Below are positions 46,143-55,590 of a DNA stretch of 64,000 bases, one piece after another (position 1 is the stretch's first letter; each line of letters opens with the position of its first letter). The stretch is from an uncultured Coriobacteriia bacterium (GTDB lineage: Bacteria; Actinomycetota; Coriobacteriia; Coriobacteriales; QAMH01). The stretch spans positions 15,995 to 79,994 of the forward strand of contig CABRZR010000001.1 of the NCBI GenBank assembly GCA_902475535.1, in the 5' to 3' direction. The notes under the pieces were generated by a model. That model saw only the letters and a program-made list of their open reading frames with translations, ran no database searches and was not told the origin of the DNA. The translations under genes were made by a program, and so were the position numbers.

Positions 46143-47462
46143 CTATTTGATGGGCACGCCGGCGCCGAAGAGCAGCTCGCGCTCCTCGCCCGGCAGGCAG
46201 GCGCGCGCATCATCGCGCACGCCGTTTACGCCGATGAAGAACTGCCTCATCATCGCAACCATCATGTAGCGGCCCTTCGGGGTCAGCGTGATCTGCTCGT
46301 CGTCATCGATATCGATGGCACCGCTCGCCTTGAAAAACGCGTATTCCGCAGGTAGACCAGCCGCAACGCTGCAACCGAAGTCCCGCTCCCACGCTTTCTT
46401 GTCGAGACGCAGGCCGAAGAGCTGCATCATGAAGCGGTAGCGCATGTGGTCGCGCTTGCTGAAGGTCGTCATGCGCGAAACGGACAGCCTACCGGCCTCG
46501 ATACGCTCGTCGTACTCCCTGATGCTGAACGTGTTCACGAACAACTTGCTGTCGAGGAAACTCATGCCACCACTGCCGAGAGCGGGGTATTCCTCGTAAT
46601 CGATGATGTACTCGTCAATCATGGAGCTTGCGGCGTCGTTGAAGGTCCAGGCGTCGCCAAAGGTGAAAGCAGGATTATCGCCCCCGGTCAGAGCCTCGCA
46701 AATGATGTCGTAAAACGCCTTTTCACGGGCGTAGTCCACTTTGCCCACGGTCGCTGCCAGCGACTTCTCGACAGCCGGAGAGGCCATCAGGGGGTAGAAC
46801 GTGGCCTGGTTTGTATGCGATTCGAGGATAGCTGCGACGTCATTGATGAGCATTTCCTCGTTCTGAGCCGGAAAATTGAAGATCATATCGACATTCAGCG
46901 ATTTGAACACATTTGCATCTGCAACATCGATGATTCTGTTGAGGATTTGCTCCGCACTTCCGTACTTGTCATACCTGTCCATTTGTTTAAGTAAACCATC
47001 GTCGAAACTTTGGACGCCTACGGACAGCCTCTGCACGACCCCGTCGAGTTTTTCAATGTACTCGGGAAGCAAATGATTGGGATTCGTCTCGCTCGACACG
47101 TCGGTAATCGAGAACATGTCGCGCGCCTTGTTGATGGTCGCAACGAGCTCGTCGATGAGAATCGTCGGCGTGCCACCACCTACATACAGCGAGTCGAAGT
47201 CGTACCCGAGGCGCGCGACCATGTCCATCTCGGTGCGCAGATTCTCGAAGTACTTGCGGGCCTTACCCTCTTCAAACGGGAACCTGTTAAAAGAGCAGTA
47301 GGGGCACAGGCGCTCGCAGAAGGGGATGTGCATGTACAGCATGTAGCGCTTGCCTGGCTTGGGCGCCGGCAGCGTCTGGTGTGCCTCGTCGAGCGGTTTG
47401 AGGTTCAGGTAATGGCCGTTCATCGTGCGTACGGCCTGTGAGAGCACGCGTTCGGTAAACAC
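46143..47462 (-). CDS. HemN-family (coproporphyrinogen III oxidase-like) radical SAM protein
   Basis: The 439-aa ORF carries the CxxxCxxC motif in YMHIPFCERLCPYCSFNRF and has HemN-like length. Confidence 0.8.
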   Translation of the reverse strand: MFTERVLSQAVRTMNGHYLNLKPLDEAHQTLPAPKPGKRYMLYMHIPFCERLCPYCSFNRFPFEEGKARKYFENLRTEMDMVARLGYDFDSLYVGGGTPTILIDELVATINKARDMFSITDVSSETNPNHLLPEYIEKLDGVVQRLSVGVQSFDDGLLKQMDRYDKYGSAEQILNRIIDVADANVFKSLNVDMIFNFPAQNEEMLINDVAAILESHTNQATFYPLMASPAVEKSLAATVGKVDYAREKAFYDIICEALTGGDNPAFTFGDAWTFNDAASSMIDEYIIDYEEYPALGSGGMSFLDSKLFVNTFSIREYDERIEAGRLSVSRMTTFSKRDHMRYRFMMQLFGLRLDKKAWERDFGCSVAAGLPAEYAFFKASGAIDIDDDEQITLTPKGRYMMVAMMRQFFIGVNGVRDDARACLPGEERELLFGAGVPIK

Positions 47463-47474
47463 GGGTCACCTCGC

Positions 47475-48119
47475 CTAACGTAAAAAGATAAAGCTGACAA
47501 TCGAGAAGATGACAAGGAAGACGACGATGAAGAGCCCGACATAACAGCCCTTGTTGCCTTCGGCGGCAGCATAGGCCATGTTCTCGGTCATCGTACGCCT
47601 GGTCTTGTAATATGCCCTCCCCTTCTCGAGCTTGGGCAGTTTCTGCAGCTTGATTTCGTCGCTTTGCCCGGCGTTTTCGATGAGGTGATCGACCTCCTTG
47701 GGCGAAAGGTCGATGACAGGGCGCTCGCCTTTGGCCATATGCTTGACGAGCATGCCGATAAATGGATCGATAGCGGTGGCGACATCGGGTTGGTAGCAAA
47801 TGACCGCAACCTCAACTTGGGTAACGTCACTGATCTTGTCGATGATGACCGCACTCGCAAAGGACCGGCAAATCCAGCCCTCGTCGAGAAGCTTGCTTAC
47901 CCTGTTGAAGACCTTGTCCGGCAGAAAACCCATCGCCACGTCACCACGGCTCAACAGGATGCGCGGTACTTCCTTGCCCTTCTCGGTAACATGAATCTCC
48001 TTGGTCACCGTGAGCTCGGCAGCAATGACAACGGCGTTTGGGTTTACGATAACGCACGAATCACCACTTGCCTCGTCAAGGCGACAGTATGTTGCGTAGT
48101 AGATTTCGGGTTCAGACAT
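47475..48119 (-). CDS. Hypothetical tail-anchored membrane protein
   Basis: ATG at 48119 follows GGAGGA (MSEPEIYYATYCRLDEASG...). A C-terminal TM segment reads CYVGLFIVVFLVIFSIVSFIFL. The longer 454-aa track ORF is an upstream extension antisense to dinG. Confidence 0.6.
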   Translation of the reverse strand: MSEPEIYYATYCRLDEASGDSCVIVNPNAVVIAAELTVTKEIHVTEKGKEVPRILLSRGDVAMGFLPDKVFNRVSKLLDEGWICRSFASAVIIDKISDVTQVEVAVICYQPDVATAIDPFIGMLVKHMAKGERPVIDLSPKEVDHLIENAGQSDEIKLQKLPKLEKGRAYYKTRRTMTENMAYAAAEGNKGCYVGLFIVVFLVIFSIVSFIFLR

Positions 48120-48198
48120 GCTCGTCCTCCAGTCGACTGCTGGCAAGTATACCGATTTGACCGCGTGTTTTGTCTCTACAACATGATAGGCTTTGAAC

Positions 48199-51108
48199 AT
48201 GGTTGTTTCACGTGAAATACGACTAAACGAATTCCTCATTGCGGGTACGGATGACGATATCTCCAACATGTACCGGCAGCTCCCCGAGCGCGCTCGTGAG
48301 CTACAGTTCGGCCTCATCGAGGACGAGGTCGTCGTGGTCGACACCGAGACCACGGGGCTCAATCCCTCCAGCTGCTCGTTGCTCGAAATCGCCGCCATCC
48401 GCATGCGCGGGTGCGAGACCGTCGGCACGTTCCAGACCTTCGTAGACCCGGGACGCGCCATTCCAGCCGAAATCACCGAGCTCACGGGCATCACCCAGGC
48501 AGACATCGCCGGTGCTCCTACCCCGCGCGAAGCCGTCGAGGCGCTCGCCGAGTTTGCGGGCAACTGCAACCTCGTCGCGCACAATGCGAGCTTCGACCAG
48601 CAGTTCATCATGCGCCAGGCCAATCCTGGCGAGCTTCCCGGGCAATGGATCGACACGCTCTCGCTGTCGCAAATCGTCTTGCCACGCCTCAAATCGCATC
48701 GGCTTCTCGATCTTGCTGCCGCATTCGGCCTGTCAACGCCCACCCACCGCGCGATGGACGACACCGTTGCGCTCGGCGCCCTGTGGCGCATACTCCTCGC
48801 AGGCATCCAGGCGATGACCCCTGGTCTTGCGGCCCGCATCGCGGAGCTTTCGCCACAGACCGACTGGCCGTTGCGCCCCTACTTCGTGCAGGCCGCCCTT
48901 GAGCATCCTGGCGTCGACTTCTCGCTACGACGCAACCGTACCGAACGCACGCAGGGCACGTCGCTACCCCCACGTCCCGATGCCGACGACATCCCGCTCT
49001 CGTTCTGTGACGAGAATCGTATCGATGAGGCCTTCTCCCCCACCGGCGCTCTGGGGTCGATGTACCCCGACTACGAGGAGCGCCAAGAGCAGCTCGGCAT
49101 GGCACATGAGGTCGCCGCGTGCCTGCGCGAGGGCGACATTCGCGTCATCGAGGCAGGTACGGGCGTTGGAAAGTCAATGGCCTACCTGGTACCTGTCGCT
49201 TTTGGTGCTCGCGAGAACAAGGTCACCATGGGGGTCGCGACAAAGACCAACGCCCTCATGGACCAGCTCGTCTACCACGAGCTGCCGCGCCTCAACAGCG
49301 TGCTCGGACAAGACCTCTCCTATATCGCGCTCAAGGGCTACGACCACTACCTCTGCCTGCGCAAGCTCGAGCACATGGCACGCGCAGACCAAGGCGACAA
49401 CTGCGACGTCATCAGCATGATCGCCACACTCCTCGACTTCACGGCGCAAACGAGCCACGGTGATCTCGACGCGCTAAATATTAGTTGGGTGCGCTTACCA
49501 CGCGGCGATATCCAGGCAAACGCCAACGACTGCCTCAAGAAGCGCTGCCCGTACTTCCCGCGACGTTGCTTCCTGCACGGGGCGCGTCGCGCTGCCACCA
49601 GCGCCGATATCGTCGTCACCAACCACGCGCTGCTATTCCGCGACATGCAGGCCGACAACGGCATCCTGCCCCCCATCAGGCACTGGATCATCGACGAGGC
49701 ACATGGTGTCGAGGGCGAGGCGCGTCGCCAGCTCTCAAGCTCGATTACCTCGCGCGAGCTCGAGACCACGCTGGGCCATCTCTCAAACCCGAAGAGCGGC
49801 ATCATGGCGCGCGTGCGCAAGCGTGCCGACAAGCTCGAGGGCGGCGATATGCTCTACGGCGTAACGGCCGACATCGAAAACCGTATCGGCCAGATTCAAC
49901 TGGTGGCTGCAGAGTTCTTCACGGCACTTACCGAGCTCCCCTCCCCCAACGCGCGTGACAGGGGCAGCTACAACATTGTCACCGTTTGGATTAGCGACGA
50001 GATGCGGCAAGGGCACACCTGGTGCGAGCTTTGCGTGCCGGGCACCAAGCTCGCCGATTTGCTCTGGGGTCTCAACGGACGTCTTGCCGACCTCATCTCC
50101 ATGCTCGAGCAGTTCGAGGGTGAGTTCGTCAACCAGCTCGCCGAGCTCTCGGGCATCACGGCCAACGTCAAAGGCGCCGTCGATGCCCTGCGCCTCATCC
50201 TCGACGGCACGGACGAGCGCTACGTCACATCGCTGCAGATCGACCGTAACCCGCGCTACCCCATGCAGGCCCTCGAGGCCATGCGCCTCGACATCGGCGA
50301 GTCCCTGGCCACCGACCTCTACCCGCAAACCCGCAGCCTCGTCTTCACCTCGGCCACCCTCGCCACCGCCGAGCGCGAGCCCTTCGCGCACTTCCTGCGT
50401 GCAACGGGGCTCGATCGCGTGACGGACAAGCCCGTCCACACGAGCATCTTCGCGTCAGGGTACGATTACGACCACAACATGTCCGTGCTGCTGCCAAGCG
50501 ACATGCCCGAGCCCAACGCGCCGGATTACCACGAGGCCTTCGCGCAACTGCTCTATGAGGTCCATGTTGCAATGGGCGGCTCGGTGCTCACGCTCTTCAC
50601 CAACCGCCGCGAGATGGAGAGCTTCTATCGTGAACTCAAGCCGCGGCTCGCCAACGAGGGCATCGATCTCATCGCGCAGACGCGTGGCACGAGTACGAAG
50701 TCGTTGCGTGACAGGTTCCTGTCAGACAGGAGCCTGTCTATGTTCGCGCTCAAATCCTTCTGGGAGGGCTTCGACGCTCCGGGTGACACCCTGCGTTGCG
50801 TCATCATCGCGCGCCTTCCCTTCAGCCGTCCCGACGACCCCATCGCCCGTGAGCGCGAGGCGCGTGATGGCCGCGCGGCCTGGGGACGCTATTCACTGCC
50901 CGAGGCCGTAATGGACCTCAAGCAGGCAGCTGGCCGTCTCATCCGCAACTCGACAGACAGCGGCTGGCTTGTGCTCGCAGACGCGCGCCTGCAGACCAAG
51001 AACTACGCGAAGTCCTTCCTGCGTGCCATGCCGACGCAGGATATCCGAACCCTTACTATTAGTGAGATTGCGCGTCTCATGGAGACGCAGGAACCAGGCA
51101 GCGTCTAA
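48199..51108 (+). CDS. dinG: DinG-family ATP-dependent helicase with an N-terminal DnaQ-like 3'-5' exonuclease domain
   Basis: Exo motif VVVVDTETTGLNPSSCSLLEIAA...AHNASFDQQF. Helicase motif I IEAGTGVGKSMAYL. A DEAH-like IIDEAHGVEG is present. Length ~970 aa. Confidence 0.85.
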   Translation: MVVSREIRLNEFLIAGTDDDISNMYRQLPERARELQFGLIEDEVVVVDTETTGLNPSSCSLLEIAAIRMRGCETVGTFQTFVDPGRAIPAEITELTGITQADIAGAPTPREAVEALAEFAGNCNLVAHNASFDQQFIMRQANPGELPGQWIDTLSLSQIVLPRLKSHRLLDLAAAFGLSTPTHRAMDDTVALGALWRILLAGIQAMTPGLAARIAELSPQTDWPLRPYFVQAALEHPGVDFSLRRNRTERTQGTSLPPRPDADDIPLSFCDENRIDEAFSPTGALGSMYPDYEERQEQLGMAHEVAACLREGDIRVIEAGTGVGKSMAYLVPVAFGARENKVTMGVATKTNALMDQLVYHELPRLNSVLGQDLSYIALKGYDHYLCLRKLEHMARADQGDNCDVISMIATLLDFTAQTSHGDLDALNISWVRLPRGDIQANANDCLKKRCPYFPRRCFLHGARRAATSADIVVTNHALLFRDMQADNGILPPIRHWIIDEAHGVEGEARRQLSSSITSRELETTLGHLSNPKSGIMARVRKRADKLEGGDMLYGVTADIENRIGQIQLVAAEFFTALTELPSPNARDRGSYNIVTVWISDEMRQGHTWCELCVPGTKLADLLWGLNGRLADLISMLEQFEGEFVNQLAELSGITANVKGAVDALRLILDGTDERYVTSLQIDRNPRYPMQALEAMRLDIGESLATDLYPQTRSLVFTSATLATAEREPFAHFLRATGLDRVTDKPVHTSIFASGYDYDHNMSVLLPSDMPEPNAPDYHEAFAQLLYEVHVAMGGSVLTLFTNRREMESFYRELKPRLANEGIDLIAQTRGTSTKSLRDRFLSDRSLSMFALKSFWEGFDAPGDTLRCVIIARLPFSRPDDPIAREREARDGRAAWGRYSLPEAVMDLKQAAGRLIRNSTDSGWLVLADARLQTKNYAKSFLRAMPTQDIRTLTISEIARLMETQEPGSV
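48204..48219. promoter_or_regulatory. parS-like site TGTTTCACGTGAAATA (15/16 match to the perfect sites at 63.4 kb), inside the first codons of dinG
   Basis: Direct sequence comparison with 63421..63436. Confidence 0.5.
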
Positions 51109-51123
51109 AACCGCTGGTAGGAG

Positions 51124-51648
51124 CTAGTCCTTGCCGCCGCTGTGCGTGACGAAGTCCTCGGGGTTGATGTGCTCGATGAACTTGTCGAATTCCTCGAGCT
51201 CGATTTGCTCGTCCTGACCAGGCGTAAGCGCGCGCGGGCAAGCGGCAGATCGCATGACGTCTTCCTCGACGAACAGCGGCGCATTTGCGCGAGCGGCCAG
51301 GGCGATTGCATCGCTCGGACGTGCATCGACGCGCGTAAACATCCCGTTTGCACAACGCAAATATATGGTGGCGTAGAAGGTCGTCCCCTCGACGCGGTCG
51401 ATGACGACGCGGCTGATGTTGCCGCCGAGCGAGCCGACCAAATCGATGGTGAGCGCGTGCGTGATGGGTCTCTCCGTCGCATTGCCCTCAAGAGCTGCGG
51501 CGATGGCCGTTGCCTCCATGGTGCCAATCCAGATGGGAAGCACAAGATCCTCGGGGATGTCTTCGCGATGCTCCGCAACACGCAGCGTGATGATGGAGGG
51601 CATGGGAAGGAGGCCGATTACCAGCGATTCGACATTTACGAGTACCAT
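51124..51648 (-). CDS. Bifunctional nuclease family protein (BFN/DUF151)
   Basis: ATG at 51648 follows GGGAGG. Sequence includes MVLVNVESLVIGLLPMPSIITLRVAEH...LPIWIGTMEATAIAAAL...RPITHALTIDL...ARPSDAIALA. Confidence 0.75.
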   Translation of the reverse strand: MVLVNVESLVIGLLPMPSIITLRVAEHREDIPEDLVLPIWIGTMEATAIAAALEGNATERPITHALTIDLVGSLGGNISRVVIDRVEGTTFYATIYLRCANGMFTRVDARPSDAIALAARANAPLFVEEDVMRSAACPRALTPGQDEQIELEEFDKFIEHINPEDFVTHSGGKD

Positions 51649-51735
51649 TGCGCACCTCCCTTCGGGCATAACCTCATTATAGACAACTTACCGCAGTAAC
51701 CATAACCGTTCGCCCGACCCTCCACAAGAAACTTG

Positions 51736-51770
51736 GACGGCGCGTGGTCGTTTCGTTTCCACGCCGTCAT
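51736..51770 (-). terminator. Possible terminator hairpin downstream of the PNP gene
   Basis: The stem is GACGGCGCGTGG...CCACGCCGTC, and on the minus strand it is followed by caagtttctt. The stem is imperfect and the U tract is weak. Confidence 0.35.
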
Positions 51771-51780
51771 CTCGACAAAT

Positions 51781-51854
51781 GTGCCTGGCACGTTGTCTCA
51801 AAAGCTCGCCACATCTCGTCACTTGACTCATTTATGAGACAGCGTGCCAGGCAC
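51781..51854. repeat. 74-bp palindromic intergenic element, copy A (20-bp arms GTGCCTGGCACGTTGTCTCA / TGAGACAGCGTGCCAGGCAC)
   Basis: Read directly. It is homologous to 58315..58388. Confidence 0.8.
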
Positions 51855-51870
51855 GCTGCCCTACGCTGCC

Positions 51871-52695
51871 CTACCCTGCGTATGCAATAAGGAGTCGCGA
51901 GAGCTTCTCGACCGCTGCCTCGGCCGCAACGTACACGTCATCGATGCTCACCGGCTCGTCGAGCACGCCCGCGGCGGCGTTCGAGATCATCGAGATGCCA
52001 AGCACCTCCATGCCGCACGCACGTGCGGCAATTACCTCGAACACCGTCGACATGCCCACGGCGTCGGCTCCCAAGTTGCGAAACGCCCGGATCTCGGCTG
52101 GCGTCTCGAAAGACGGCCCCAAGGTCGCGATGTACACGCCGCTCTTCAGCTCAATTTCACAGGATGCTGCAGCTTTTTGCGCACGCTCGCGCAAGGCGGG
52201 TGAATACGCCTGAGTCATATCGTAGAAGCGGGGGAAGAGCTCCGGCTCATCCGGTGCGGCAAGGGGATTGGCCCCCAAAAGGTTGATGTGATCCTCGATA
52301 AGCATGAGATCGCCCACGTCAAAGCTGGTGTTAATGCCACCGGCGGCGTTCGTCACCACAAGCTCCGTGACACCCAGCCCATGCATGAGGCAGATGGGAA
52401 ACGCGATCTGCTGGGGCGAGTTTCCCTCGTAGGCATGCAACCTTCCCTGCATGCAGATGACCGGGCGACCAGCGATCGTGCCGATGACGAAGCGACCCGC
52501 ATGCGACGGCGCCGTTGACGACACCATGTGCGGAATCTCGGCATAATCAACGTATGCGGCATCCTCGATGGCGTCGACCAGCTCGCCCAGGCCGCTCCCG
52601 AGAACAAGGCCAAGGGCCCCATCCTTGACAGGCGCGTGTGCGCGAACGAACGCGACGGCCTCGTCCACGTTGGCCTTCGTGATGATGTGCTCCAT
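51871..52695 (-). CDS. punA: Purine nucleoside phosphorylase (trimeric PNP/MTAP family)
   Basis: ATG at 52695 follows GAGGAGGAG. Sequence includes GLVLGSGLG...SHAGRFVIGTIAGRPVICMQGRLHAYEG...VTNAAGGIN...GPSFETPAE...GADAVGMSTVFE. Confidence 0.85.
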   Translation of the reverse strand: MEHIITKANVDEAVAFVRAHAPVKDGALGLVLGSGLGELVDAIEDAAYVDYAEIPHMVSSTAPSHAGRFVIGTIAGRPVICMQGRLHAYEGNSPQQIAFPICLMHGLGVTELVVTNAAGGINTSFDVGDLMLIEDHINLLGANPLAAPDEPELFPRFYDMTQAYSPALRERAQKAAASCEIELKSGVYIATLGPSFETPAEIRAFRNLGADAVGMSTVFEVIAARACGMEVLGISMISNAAAGVLDEPVSIDDVYVAAEAAVEKLSRLLIAYAG

Positions 52696-52761
52696 GACGT
52701 CTCCTCCTCGTTTCAAAAACAAAAGGGCCCGCTCAGCAACGTGGCGGACCCGTACATGTGA

Positions 52762-52837
52762 TGGCGCCCCCAGCGGGATTCGAACCCGCGATCTTCGGCT
52801 TGAAGGGCCGACGTCCTAACCGCTAGACGATGGGGAC
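52762..52837 (-). tRNA. tRNA-Glu (anticodon TTC as read) with encoded CCA
   Basis: The reverse complement is GTCCCCATCGTCTAGCGGTTAGGACGTCGGCCCTTCAAGCCGAAGATCGCGGGTTCGAATCCCGCTGGGGGCGCCA. It folds as a cloverleaf by eye. The anticodon loop reads CCTTCAA, so position 33 is C, which is unusual. Confidence 0.7.
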
Positions 52838-52951
52838 AGAACAGTTCGGTCATTATGCCATAAAACCGCCGATTGGCAAGCGGGATTGGCGTGCCAGACC
52901 CCTGACCTGCGCAATGAGACAGAAGCCGCCGGGGCAGAACTGTCTGGTCCG

Positions 52952-53770
52952 CTACTTATCCCACACGAGAAACGCCCACGAGGTCACGCGCTGGTGGTCG
53001 TACTCCCAGCACGTCTCGCCATCGGGCGTACGCTGCTCGTGCAGATGTTGCCTCGAATAAGTGACCAGGCGCTCACGCTCCTCATCCGTCAACTTCATGA
53101 GCGCGGCGTTCTTCTCGATGGCCGCATCAAAGCTCTCGAAGCGGTCTGTGCGCGCACTATCTATATATGACAGGTCCGGGCGTATGCCCATGCCCCAGAG
53201 TATGTTGAAGGCAAAGACGCAGTCGGGGTAGCGCGGCAGCTCGCGTCCCGCCGCCTCGAGCAACACGTGGTCGACACGCGGCGAAAGCCCCGTCGTAAGC
53301 GTGACGCACACGCGTCTGCGAGCCCGGGCATCGAGCTTGGCGAGCGATGCTTGCATGTCGGCCGTTGCAATCGAACGCGACGCGAGCGCGACATCGCAAA
53401 CGGGAAGCCCGGCACTATTCCAATCGTCATCCCAGGCCAACAGCATGGGGTGTATGTGCTCGGCTATACCTTCCGCAAACGCCGCCTCCATGAGGGCGTC
53501 GAGCATACCCTGCGAGAAATCGCAGGCGTAGACCTCGTGCCCCGCGCGTGCGAGCGGCAGCGCAAGCGTTCCCGATCCGCAACCCATATCGAGCACGGTC
53601 TCGCCGTCCCTGATGGCAGCACGCTCGAGGAAGGCCGTCGCATAGGGGCTCGTATTGCAGGTTTTGGCAAAATCCTTCGCCCGCTCGTTCCACATGTCCG
53701 CGTTATCGGGGTTGTTCCGGCGCAGCTGCTCTTCCTTCCAAGCAGCAGCCCAGTCAATGTCGATCGTCAT
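52952..53770 (-). CDS. Class I SAM-dependent methyltransferase
   Basis: Motif I VLDMGCGSGTLALPLA. The ORF is 272 aa and overlaps the upstream gene by 4 nt. Confidence 0.8.
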   Translation of the reverse strand: MTIDIDWAAAWKEEQLRRNNPDNADMWNERAKDFAKTCNTSPYATAFLERAAIRDGETVLDMGCGSGTLALPLARAGHEVYACDFSQGMLDALMEAAFAEGIAEHIHPMLLAWDDDWNSAGLPVCDVALASRSIATADMQASLAKLDARARRRVCVTLTTGLSPRVDHVLLEAAGRELPRYPDCVFAFNILWGMGIRPDLSYIDSARTDRFESFDAAIEKNAALMKLTDEERERLVTYSRQHLHEQRTPDGETCWEYDHQRVTSWAFLVWDK

Positions 53771-54753
53771 GCCCGCTCCTGGTTCTCTGCCGCATCGTCC
53801 ACGGCTCCATCATCCGTGTTCGCGCCCTCGACACGCTCGGCCACCTCGGCCTCCGTCTCCGCATTTTGAGCAGCAGCGTCCTCGGGGGCCTCGTCAGCCG
53901 GGGGCTCGGGCTTCTCCTTGCGCTTCTTCTTCGCCGCGGCCTTCGCTTCGCGCTTGGCCTGCTTCTCGGCAGCCATATCAACCTCGAAGGACATGGGTGC
54001 CGAAGGTGAGCGCCAGGTCTCCGGCTTGAATTGCTCCATCCAGTAACCGAGGGAGCGCATGTAGAGCGCCGAGATGAACGCGCTCACGAGCGCGCCGGCA
54101 ACCCACACGATGAGCGCCACCACGATCGTGACCACACCGAGCAGCGCGAGCGGAACGAGGTCGGTGCCGAGTACCGTCGTCGTGGCCACCGAAGCGATGA
54201 CGTTGATGAAGGGGATGGTCGGCAGCAGCACGATGAAGAGCGCTGCGGCGAGCAGCGGGATCACCAGCAGGATGACGCAAAATGCCTGACCAAATCCTCC
54301 TGGGTCCCGTTGAAACATTCTGAAGACTCGCTTGATTTGCAAACCGGGAAGCACACGCTCGTAGATGACGCTGCGAAAGGCACCCGCTGCGGCAAGGGCC
54401 GCAACAAACACCGCGAAGACCTCCACGAGAAACTGCAGGATGGTGCCGACGGCCGGAATGAAGCCCAACAGGAACCCGGCAATCACGACAGGCGCGACCC
54501 AAATGAACATAACCCAAAGCGCGAGAAATCCGTATCGCGCGCAGCGACCCAAATCTCCCAGCTTTCGAGACAGAGGCGTGTGCATACCCCAGGCGGCTTC
54601 CTTCGCCCAATCAAACAGGTACCCGAACATGATGATCTGTCCGATGATGGGCACGCAATTCATGAGGCCGAGCACGAGCGTTGCCTTCCACCAATCATCG
54701 TCGGCGGCCAAATCGCCCCACGCTCGGTCCATGTATGTGTTGATCGTCTTCAT
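53767..54753 (-). CDS. Multi-pass membrane protein (DUF4013-like) with a Lys/Glu/Ala-rich C-terminal tail
   Basis: The 328-aa ORF has several hydrophobic segments. The tail is KQAKREAKAAAKKKRKEKPEPPADEAPEDAAAQ. Confidence 0.6.
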   Translation of the reverse strand: MKTINTYMDRAWGDLAADDDWWKATLVLGLMNCVPIIGQIIMFGYLFDWAKEAAWGMHTPLSRKLGDLGRCARYGFLALWVMFIWVAPVVIAGFLLGFIPAVGTILQFLVEVFAVFVAALAAAGAFRSVIYERVLPGLQIKRVFRMFQRDPGGFGQAFCVILLVIPLLAAALFIVLLPTIPFINVIASVATTTVLGTDLVPLALLGVVTIVVALIVWVAGALVSAFISALYMRSLGYWMEQFKPETWRSPSAPMSFEVDMAAEKQAKREAKAAAKKKRKEKPEPPADEAPEDAAAQNAETEAEVAERVEGANTDDGAVDDAAENQERA

Positions 54754-54780
54754 CGATACGCCCGCTGCCCGTCGCGACGG

Positions 54781-55314
54781 CTACTCCTTGGAGCCGCCGC
54801 CACCCAGCAGGGTCTGGATGCGCTGCTGAATCTCTTCCATCTCGTCGCCCTCCTTGGCGAGCACCTCGGCGCGGGCCTTGGCCGCGCGCACGGCGGCGAG
54901 GTCATAGAAGGTGTCGACATCATCGACATAAGCGGGCGTTTCCTCGAAGACGAGGGCATCGCCCTCCTGCTTGTACAGGCGTGCGATGACGTAGGCCTTC
55001 TCCATCTCGGTCGTGGCGCACTCGACGATGATGGCGTCAAGCTGCCCGTCATCGGTCATGAGGAACCCGTCGTAGCAGAAGGCGTAATGCGTCGAGAAGG
55101 CGCTCGACGACTTGACGTTGGCCTCCGCGGCGTCGCGGCAACTCGTCACGTCGTCACCGGGAAAGTTCTCCTCGAACATCTGGTCCCCGTCAACGATAAC
55201 CGTGAACGGGGTGAGCTCCTCGCCCTCCTCGAGCTTTGCCTGCGCGGTATCGAGGCAATAGAACGTGATGCGCTCGAGAATGTCGTCCATCTCGAGGTTT
55301 TCTTGATCTGACAT
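54781..55314 (-). CDS. Hypothetical acidic cytoplasmic protein
   Basis: The 177-aa ORF has sense-like codon usage. I recognise no family for it. Confidence 0.5.
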   Translation of the reverse strand: MSDQENLEMDDILERITFYCLDTAQAKLEEGEELTPFTVIVDGDQMFEENFPGDDVTSCRDAAEANVKSSSAFSTHYAFCYDGFLMTDDGQLDAIIVECATTEMEKAYVIARLYKQEGDALVFEETPAYVDDVDTFYDLAAVRAAKARAEVLAKEGDEMEEIQQRIQTLLGGGGSKE

Positions 55315-55471
55315 CGTTTCTCCTTGTGTGAGCGCCCCAGACAGGCACCTCGGTCGTTTCCATTCATCGAAAGTATACTTTTTGGTGCGATGCGAGCCAA
55401 CCTCGCAAATTTCGGACAGCCGCGGGTGTCTTGCGCTATAATCACCCCCGCACCCACACGGGGCCCCATGC

Positions 55472-55564
55472 GGAGGGGTGGCAGAGTGGTTGAATGCGGC
55501 GGTCTCGAAAACCGTTTACCCGGTAACCCCGGGTACGAGGGTTCGAATCCCTCCTCCTCCGCCA
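55472..55564 (+). tRNA. tRNA-Ser (anticodon CGA), long variable arm, encoded CCA
   Basis: GGAGGGGTGGCAGAGTGGTTGAATGCGGCGGTCTCGAAAACCGTTTACCCGGTAACCCCGGGTACGAGGGTTCGAATCCCTCCTCCTCCGCCA. Confidence 0.85.
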
Positions 55565-55590
55565 GATATTTCTCGCAGATAGAAGCCGCC

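Noticed and set aside
48120-48839. N-terminal extension of ORF 47475..48839 to 454 aa
   Set aside because: The extension is antisense to dinG with off-frame composition. A good RBS plus ATG at 48119 gives a coherent 214-aa protein.
52831-52841. Partial motif match GGGGACAGAAC
   Set aside because: It is the 5' end of tRNA-Glu plus flank and does not match the full 12-mer.
55324-55590. Track start of the AI-2E transporter ORF at 55324
   Set aside because: The extension runs through tRNA-Ser(CGA) at 55472..55564. The transporter starts after it.
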